Assembly: GCA_002329445.1 (NCBI GenBank)
Contig: DCTU01000070.1
Coordinates: 13,883-49,900, forward strand
Direction of reading: 5' to 3'
Length of the DNA stretch: 36,018 nucleotides
Origin: a bacterium UBP9_UBA1432
GTDB taxonomy: Bacteria > Vulcanimicrobiota > Xenobia > Xenobiales > Xenobiaceae
Every line of letters begins with the position of its first letter. Within the stretch, counting starts at the first letter, position 1. This document shows positions 8,336 through 14,212 of this stretch, in pieces. Under the pieces are notes generated by a model, which had not been told where the DNA came from, made no database searches, and was given only the letters and a program-made list of their open reading frames with translations. Made by a program: the position numbers and the translations under genes.

Positions 8336-9321
8336 TCCGACCGTGCCACCCGGAATCCCCAGGCATAGGTGGAACCGTAGTCCGGGGCCTTGACGCTGAC
8401 CGGTGGCGTGAGGGTACAGCGCGCGGGCCTGTCGTCCCAGGAGCCGCCGCACAGCATCCTCCAGTACCAGCCTCCGAATCCGTGGGGGTCCTTGGAGGGG
8501 TCTCCGGCCTTCCCCTGGTCCGAGCACCACTCGGCGACGTTGCCGATCATGTCCAGGGCCCCGCAGGGGCTGGCTCCTTCCGGGAAGAGGCCGGTCGGGA
8601 GGGGGCCCCTTCCGGCCGAGAAGTCGGCTCGCCACGACTTCCGTTTCTGGTCGGCAAGTTTGAAGTTGTTGCTGCGGTTCGCGTCCCATTCCTGGCCCCA
8701 GGGATAGGTCCGTCCGTCGGTCCCACGGGCAGCGCGCTCCCACTCGCGAATGGTGGGGAGCCTCAGTCCGGCCCACTTGCAGTAGGCGGAGGCTGCCCGC
8801 CACGAGGCGTAGACGACGGGGAAGTCGTCGCCCGACTTCTTGGCGTAGGTCTCCCAGACGTTGACGAAGGGGGCGTATCCCGTTTCGCGGACGAAGCGGG
8901 CAAACTGGGCGTTGGTGACCTCGAACTTGCCGATATAATAGCCTTCCAGGTGGATCTTCCGGGTCTTTCGTCCGGTCCACCCGCGCGCGTCTGGGGCCTC
9001 GGCTGCGAGGTAGTCCCCGGCCGGGATGTGGATCAGCACGGAACCGTCGGCAGCGAGGTATTCCCGGTACCCCTGCGGGTTCATTCCCTGGTCGCGGAGC
9101 GAGGGCTTCAGCTTCCGGTCGGGGAAGGCACAGTCGTCAGGACCAGGGACCCGTGGTCGGAGGTCCCGGAAGCCGGAGGCCCTGGCCTGCCCGCGCGTCG
9201 CCGGCGGGTCCACCTGCGATTCCTGTCGGGTCAGCCAGAACAGGTTGAGCAGGCCCAGCAAGGCCAGAAGCCAGCATGTGGCGCGCACCATGCGCTGTCG
9301 ACGCCCCGCCCCACCAAGCAT
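8332..9321 (-). CDS. FGE-sulfatase-fold protein, paralog 3 (signal-anchored, most divergent)
   Basis: From the 8332..9456 ORF. ATG at 9321 lies downstream of AAGGAG; ATG 9291 is an alternative start. Anchor MVRATCWLLALLGLLNLFW. Motifs: YYIGKFEVTNAQF, DFPVVYASWRAASAYCKWAGLRLPTIREWERAARG, GNVAEWC, WGFRVA. Confidence 0.85.
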   Translation of the reverse strand: MLGGAGRRQRMVRATCWLLALLGLLNLFWLTRQESQVDPPATRGQARASGFRDLRPRVPGPDDCAFPDRKLKPSLRDQGMNPQGYREYLAADGSVLIHIPAGDYLAAEAPDARGWTGRKTRKIHLEGYYIGKFEVTNAQFARFVRETGYAPFVNVWETYAKKSGDDFPVVYASWRAASAYCKWAGLRLPTIREWERAARGTDGRTYPWGQEWDANRSNNFKLADQKRKSWRADFSAGRGPLPTGLFPEGASPCGALDMIGNVAEWCSDQGKAGDPSKDPHGFGGWYWRMLCGGSWDDRPARCTLTPPVSVKAPDYGSTYAWGFRVARSE

Positions 9322-9402
9322 CGTTGGCCGCAGCTCCTTTGGAACTGGATTTGCGTCGATTATGCCTGAGGACGTGTCTGCTTGGCAAGGCTCGTCTTGC
9401 AT

Positions 9403-9445
9403 CCTGAATCCGCGGCCGAATGCCACGGCAGGTGGCGGATTCAGG
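9403..9445 (+). repeat. Palindromic intergenic repeat, copy A (REP-like)
   Basis: CCTGAATCCGC-GGCCGAATGCCACGGCAGGTG-GCGGATTCAGG: a perfect 11-bp stem with an inner GCCG/CGGC stem. The same core recurs at 19469-19511 and, inverted, at 22289-22341. Confidence 0.7.
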
Positions 9446-9518
9446 TGCATGCCCACGAAAAGGACGCGAACGCCTTCCGGGCTGGACCCTGGTCACCGCG
9501 AGCCGGACTGGATGGAGG

Positions 9519-10856
9519 CTACTCTTCGTGCGTCGGGCGGCGGAAGACGCTGAAGTAGTCCGTGTCGCGCGAGGTGACGCCCGGAGCCGGATTCTTGACC
9601 ACCTCCAGGCCGGCCTGCGAGACCTGCTGTTGAATGACGCGGGCATCGACGTTGCCGTCCCCGACCACCAGCAGGCCGCCGGGTCTGAGCGCGGTCCGGA
9701 CGGTGCGCAGCCAGGGCAGCAGGAATTCCCGGAAGTTCTTTTCTTCGGTGGGGTTGGAGATCGGGAGCATGGCATGGTAGGTCTCGATGACCGTGATCAG
9801 TTCCACCGATGCTGGCGGCAGGCTCAGTCGGCTCTTGGGCGTCAGGACGGTCTCGATATTCAGGGTTGGCCTCTCCGCGGCGGCAAAGGCCACGAAATCC
9901 AACACGCTCCGGTTGATGTCGACGGCGTACACCTTCCCGCGGGGGCCGACCTTCTCGGCCATGGGGAAGGTGAAGAGCCCCGGGCCGCAGCCGACGTCCG
10001 CGATGGTCTGTCCCTCATGCATTCCGGACACGGCGACCAGGTCGTCCCATCTCCAGGACAACCGCTCGGTCTCGGTAAATCCGTCCAGGATCATCATGTA
10101 GACCTTGTAGGACTGCTCGGCATCCCCCCTGTCGGGTCCCGGCGGGTGGTTCCTGCACCGGATTTCGCCGTTCTGCATGAGGTAATAGCTGTTGGCCTGG
10201 CTGGCCGGACAGTGGATGAGGCCCAGCGGAGATTCGGTTTGCAGGTCCTCGATTCGGGTCGGAAGGCGGCCAGAGTGGGCCGCCTCGTAGGAACGCAGCG
10301 CTCTTGCAAGCTGGTCGAGGCCGGCCTGGCACTCCATCCGCATCTGGTAGCGGATGGCGCCTTCGGGAACCCCCTGAGAGAAGAGAAAGCGGTAGTGGGG
10401 GGCGGCGAAGACTCCTTCGGCGATGAGCTTGTCGCGCTGGGAGGTGTCGCCCAGTTGCTCGCGGCACCAGGCATCGAACGGAAGGCTCGAGCGGACATAG
10501 AGGTTGTCGGAGAGTTTCTGCAGGCTGCGGAGCCTCTCGGCCGCCTGCAGCAGGTCTTCCTTCTTCTTGGACTGTTGGAAGTCGATCAGGGTGCGGACGG
10601 CGGAGTAGTAGGCGTCCCGGGATCGGATCAGCTCTTCGATCGGAACATCCCCGAACCGCCCGCCCTTGAACAGGGGACCGGTGGTTTCGGGAGGGGCCAG
10701 CCGCCTCACCTCGGGAAGGTCGCTGGCCGGGTGATCCCCCGCGGTGGGCTGGTGGGCCGGAGAGGCCTGCCGTGACCAGCGACCGACGAGTTGAACCCCC
10801 AGCAGGAGGGCCATCAGCAGGGTGACCAGGAGGATTCGTTGTTGGGTTGGTTTCAT
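9519..10856 (-). CDS. Signal-anchored protein with C-terminal class I SAM-dependent methyltransferase domain and ~270-aa N-terminal domain of unknown function
   Basis: Internal ATG of the 9519..10952 ORF: MKPTQQRILLVTLLMALLLGVQLVG. Methyltransferase motif I IADVGCGPGLFT, post-I KVYAVDIN, later LRPGGLLVV. Confidence 0.8.
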   Translation of the reverse strand: MKPTQQRILLVTLLMALLLGVQLVGRWSRQASPAHQPTAGDHPASDLPEVRRLAPPETTGPLFKGGRFGDVPIEELIRSRDAYYSAVRTLIDFQQSKKKEDLLQAAERLRSLQKLSDNLYVRSSLPFDAWCREQLGDTSQRDKLIAEGVFAAPHYRFLFSQGVPEGAIRYQMRMECQAGLDQLARALRSYEAAHSGRLPTRIEDLQTESPLGLIHCPASQANSYYLMQNGEIRCRNHPPGPDRGDAEQSYKVYMMILDGFTETERLSWRWDDLVAVSGMHEGQTIADVGCGPGLFTFPMAEKVGPRGKVYAVDINRSVLDFVAFAAAERPTLNIETVLTPKSRLSLPPASVELITVIETYHAMLPISNPTEEKNFREFLLPWLRTVRTALRPGGLLVVGDGNVDARVIQQQVSQAGLEVVKNPAPGVTSRDTDYFSVFRRPTHEE

Positions 10857-11093
10857 CGCGAGAGACTCTTCCAGGGGGCGGATTCCAAGATTCCCCGGGG
10901 CCGCCCCGGCCTGGTCCCAATTCTGCGGGAGGACCGGCGTCCCGGGACGCACGTGGAGGGACAGGGTGCGGCGCAGGGATTCGGAGGAGTCACGAGGGGG
11001 TCCTCCTGGGTGTGATCCCGGGTCCCAGAGACCAGGAGGTCGCGACAGGGCTTGAGCCCCCGACCGCGTATTGCCGGATCAGGAGTCTTCTCG

Positions 11094-11993
11094 ATGAAAA
11101 ACAAGGTCCGTTCCGTGGGGTTGGTTCTGGCAGTCGCCGCACTTCTGGCCTTGGCGGCATGGAGCCTGGCTCGTCAGCAAGGCCACAGGGGTGCCGCATC
11201 GGTTGATCTCCGCTATCTGCGGACGAACGCCTGCGGGTTCCGGGAGTACCTCAACCCCAAGGATGGTTCGGAGATGGTCCTGATCCCGGCAGGTCGCTTC
11301 CTGATGGGGAGCGAGACCCTGGATGAGACCCGTCCCCAGCAGCAGGTCGACCTGGACGCCTTCTGTCTGGGGAAGCACGAGGTGACCAACGCCCAGTTCC
11401 AGAGGTTCCTGGAGCAGACCGGGCACCAGCTCCTGGCCAGCCGCTGGGACCTGCACTACGAGCAGGGCCTGGAGGACCATCCCGTCGTCTACGTGAGCTG
11501 GTTCGACGCCGCAGCCTATTGTGCGTGGGCCGGGGGGCGTTTGCCGACGGAGGCCGAGTGGGAGAAGGCGGCCCGGGGACCGACCGGTCTGCCGTATCCC
11601 TGGGGCCAGGACTGGGACAAGAATCGCTGCAACAACCTGGACATGGAGGACCCGAACCTGGTCGAGAAGATGGCCGAAATGGACGTCGGGCGGGGCACGA
11701 CGCCCGTCGGATCCTTTCCGTCGGGAGCAAGCCCCTACGGGGTGCTGGATCTGTTGGGCAACGCCATGGAGTGGTGCTCTTCCATCTACCAGGACTACCC
11801 CTACCGAGCCCAGGACGGGCGCGAGGCGCCGGATCCCAAAGCCTTGCGGGTCCTGCGGGGAGGTTGTTGGTACCATCAGGAAGACACCATGAATGGTTTC
11901 TATCGGGACAAGTCCACGCCAGAATACTGGTATTTCTACAATTACGTCGGATTCCGGGTGGCCATGCCGGCGCCGGAGGAAACCACGCCCTGA
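11094..11993 (+). CDS. FGE-sulfatase-fold exported protein, paralog 4
   Basis: ATG lies 8 nt after AGGAG (11081-11085): MKNKVRSVGLVLAVAALLALAAWS. Motifs: FCLGKHEVTNAQF, DHPVVYVSWFDAAAYCAWAGGRLPTEAEWEKAARG, GNAMEWC, VGFRVA. Confidence 0.85.
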   Translation: MKNKVRSVGLVLAVAALLALAAWSLARQQGHRGAASVDLRYLRTNACGFREYLNPKDGSEMVLIPAGRFLMGSETLDETRPQQQVDLDAFCLGKHEVTNAQFQRFLEQTGHQLLASRWDLHYEQGLEDHPVVYVSWFDAAAYCAWAGGRLPTEAEWEKAARGPTGLPYPWGQDWDKNRCNNLDMEDPNLVEKMAEMDVGRGTTPVGSFPSGASPYGVLDLLGNAMEWCSSIYQDYPYRAQDGREAPDPKALRVLRGGCWYHQEDTMNGFYRDKSTPEYWYFYNYVGFRVAMPAPEETTP

Positions 11994-12161
11994 GGTGGGG
12001 ATCGGATCGGGGTTGAACCGGGCTGGAGGGCCTGCCCGGTCGATCCCGGGCCTGCGGACGCCTCCCGCTCGGTACGCCCGCCACCGGCGGTCCTGGGGGA
12101 AGGATGCCGCGCTCGTGCTGCGAAGCGTCCCGGCACACATGGCACCCGGCCGACTCCAAGG

Positions 12162-13193
12162 ATGACCGGCTCGGCGCGTCGCTCCGGACAAGACGGGGGC
12201 GCCGGGCTTCCTTGTGGGCCTCGGTCTGCCGGCCAGAGGACGGTCGACCTCGGTTCGAAGAGGTGGCTGGTGGCGATCCTCCTGGTGCTTCTGGGGGCGC
12301 AGGCGTTTTGGATGCTTCGAGGGCACGGCCTCCTCCCCGCAGACGGTGAGCCGCCAGGCACCTCCTCCGCCGGGAAGCCCAGGGAGGCTCGTGCCGGCCG
12401 GGCCTCCGACGACGCCCGTTCCTCCGCGCTTCTGCTCTTTCTGGGCAGGGACTACTGCCTGGTTCGCCGATCGGTCGGCTTCGCCTGGACGCTCGACAGG
12501 CTGCGCAGCAGCGCTCCACATCATCTGACCCCGGCTCAGCTCGAGGAGGTTCGGCCGCTGGTCCAGATGCTGGTGGAGGATGCCCGCGCCGAGCAGGACA
12601 GCATCCTGGGTCTGCGCGCGGTCCTGACCCCCGAGCAGGTCGGCTTCCTCAACAACCCCGCAGGGGTCCATCCCAGCGACCTGTTCGGGGCCAGCGGACC
12701 CGACGTCCTGCCCAGCGAGAGCTTCAAGAGGTTGCTGAAGGCTCTGCAGGCGCGGGCAGCCGAAGCGGACCCTTCCGGTCGGCGTCCGGGCCAGGAAGCT
12801 CCGGCGCGGAGCCCGGCCGGCCTGGCCCGGGTGGCTCCGTTGCCGGGCGATGCGGCGGGGGTCTGCGTTCCGTCCGCGCCTGGGGGGAACTCCGCGCCGG
12901 CCCTGGTGTCTCGCTGGTCGGACTTCCTGGATCGCCCCCCGCAGTTGGCCGGCTGGTTGATGGTGATGGACGGCAGGAAGGGCCTGGCCTTCAGCGCCGA
13001 CCAGGCTCGTCAGATGCTTCCCCTGGTGCAGCGCTTGATCGCAGCGGTGGAGCGCTACGACGCGACGACCGTCCGGTTTGCGGCGGCTCTGACCGCAGAG
13101 CAGTTGGCCTATCTTCGTTCCGAATTCCTCAAGCGGGGCATCCCGGACTTCGTCGTGGTCCGCCTGCTGCCGGAGCTTCTGCCCCCGCGCTGA
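12162..13193 (+). CDS. Hypothetical anchored protein with repeated LTxxQ-type helical segments (CpxP/Spy-like motif); start uncertain
   Basis: ORF track, 343 aa, with GC3-biased codons. TM-like WLVAILLVLLGAQAFWML. Two similar segments: LTPAQLEEVRPLVQMLVEDARAEQDSILGLRAVLTPEQVGFL and SADQARQMLPLVQRLIAAVERYDATTVRFAAALTAEQLAYL. Confidence 0.55.
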   Translation: MTGSARRSGQDGGAGLPCGPRSAGQRTVDLGSKRWLVAILLVLLGAQAFWMLRGHGLLPADGEPPGTSSAGKPREARAGRASDDARSSALLLFLGRDYCLVRRSVGFAWTLDRLRSSAPHHLTPAQLEEVRPLVQMLVEDARAEQDSILGLRAVLTPEQVGFLNNPAGVHPSDLFGASGPDVLPSESFKRLLKALQARAAEADPSGRRPGQEAPARSPAGLARVAPLPGDAAGVCVPSAPGGNSAPALVSRWSDFLDRPPQLAGWLMVMDGRKGLAFSADQARQMLPLVQRLIAAVERYDATTVRFAAALTAEQLAYLRSEFLKRGIPDFVVVRLLPELLPPR

Positions 13194-13200
13194 CCGGGCA

Positions 13201-13235
13201 AGGAGCCGAGCCCGGACCGCGGGCTGGGGGCTCCT
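13201..13235. terminator. Composite GC-rich hairpin between convergent genes (possible bidirectional terminator)
   Basis: Outer stem AGGAGCC/GGCTCCT (7 bp) plus inner stem AGCCCG/CGGGCT (6 bp), loop GACCG. It sits between the stops at 13193 (+) and 13239 (-). No clear U-tract. Confidence 0.35.
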
Positions 13236-13238
13236 CTC

Positions 13239-13967
13239 TCAGGGAAGGATGGTGAGCCCCGAGGTCTGGGGCAGGTCGGTTCCCTCAGAGAACTCCAACA
13301 GCCGGTCCACTGCGCGGATCACGAGGTGCCGGCGCGTTGGATCCTCATCCAGGATGCCTTGTTGACGCATCTTCTTCAGCACGCGGGATACGGTCGCGCG
13401 CGTGCTGCCGACCATCCTGGCCAGTTCCTGGTGGGAGAGCTCGCGGGGGAGGGCCCGCGCCGGGTTGCCCGGGGCACAGTCCTCAGACAGGGCCAACAGC
13501 TTCTGGGCCACCCTGGTGTAGACGCGCTGGGTTGCGCTGGTCGCCTGTTCCTGGAGGGACCGGGTCAGGCGCCGCAGCAACTGCGACAACAGGTGGTGGT
13601 ACACGCAGGCGTGCTCTGCCAACAGCGTGCTCAGGACCCTCGTCGGGATCGCCAGCACACGCGAAGGCCGGACCGCCACGGCGTTGCTGATGCGCGGGAT
13701 GGCCCCGGCCAGTCCGGCGACTCCGCAGGCATCGCCTGGACCCAGCATGTCCAGGGTCATCTCGGCTCCTTCGGCCGTCAGGACGCTGATGCGGATCTGC
13801 CCCGACACGACGATGAAGGCCGGGTCGCTGACTTCCCCCTGCCGGAAAAGGAAGGCCCGCCGGGGAACATCGCGCACCTGCATGCGCCCCAGGAAGGGCT
13901 GCAGATGCTCGGGTTCCACCTCCCGGAGGAAGGACAGCCGGCAGCAGTCGGCCGGGTTTGCAGACAT
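13239..13967 (-). CDS. Crp/Fnr-family transcriptional regulator (cNMP-binding-like domain + C-terminal HTH)
   Basis: Internal ATG (MSANPADCCRLSFL...) of the 13239..14129 ORF. Beta-roll region FLFRQGEVSDPAFIVVSGQIRISVLTAEGAEMTLDMLGPGD. HTH: SHQELARMVGSTRATVSRVLKKMRQQGIL. Confidence 0.85.
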   Translation of the reverse strand: MSANPADCCRLSFLREVEPEHLQPFLGRMQVRDVPRRAFLFRQGEVSDPAFIVVSGQIRISVLTAEGAEMTLDMLGPGDACGVAGLAGAIPRISNAVAVRPSRVLAIPTRVLSTLLAEHACVYHHLLSQLLRRLTRSLQEQATSATQRVYTRVAQKLLALSEDCAPGNPARALPRELSHQELARMVGSTRATVSRVLKKMRQQGILDEDPTRRHLVIRAVDRLLEFSEGTDLPQTSGLTILP

Positions 13968-14042
13968 CGGGGGAGGCTTTCGGTCTTCTGGTGGCTCTCC
14001 CTGTTTCCGGAGAAGGGATTCCCGATGCCAGGGGCTCCTCCC

Positions 14043-14086
14043 GGTGTCCGGCGACACCGATTTCGGGGCCGGTTTCGACGTAGAAT
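14043..14086 (+). promoter_or_regulatory. Candidate Crp/Fnr-type (class II geometry) promoter in the crp-porin divergent region: GGTGTC-cggc-GACACC (14043-14058) plus TAGAAT (14081-14086)
   Basis: Same palindrome, same GACACCGAT flank and same GTAGAAT box as 3992-4034. The centre lies 30.5 nt upstream of the -10 box, 83 nt from the regulator's own start codon and ~160 nt from the porin start. Confidence 0.45.
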
Positions 14087-14212
14087 CTCTTCGACCGTGC
14101 CGGTGCGAATCTTGGCGTGCCAGGACCACCGCGCGGGTTCATTGTCCGCGCGCCCTGCCACATGGCCCGAGCGAGCGGACCGACCCAAGATTGCTTGAAT
14201 CGGGAGCATCTC

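Noticed and set aside
6522-11993. Calling the four FGE-fold proteins true formylglycine-generating enzymes (sulfatase maturases).
   Set aside because: None carries the C-x4-C catalytic pair in the GGSxxCHxSYC position, and no sulfatase gene is nearby. I annotate them only at fold/family level.
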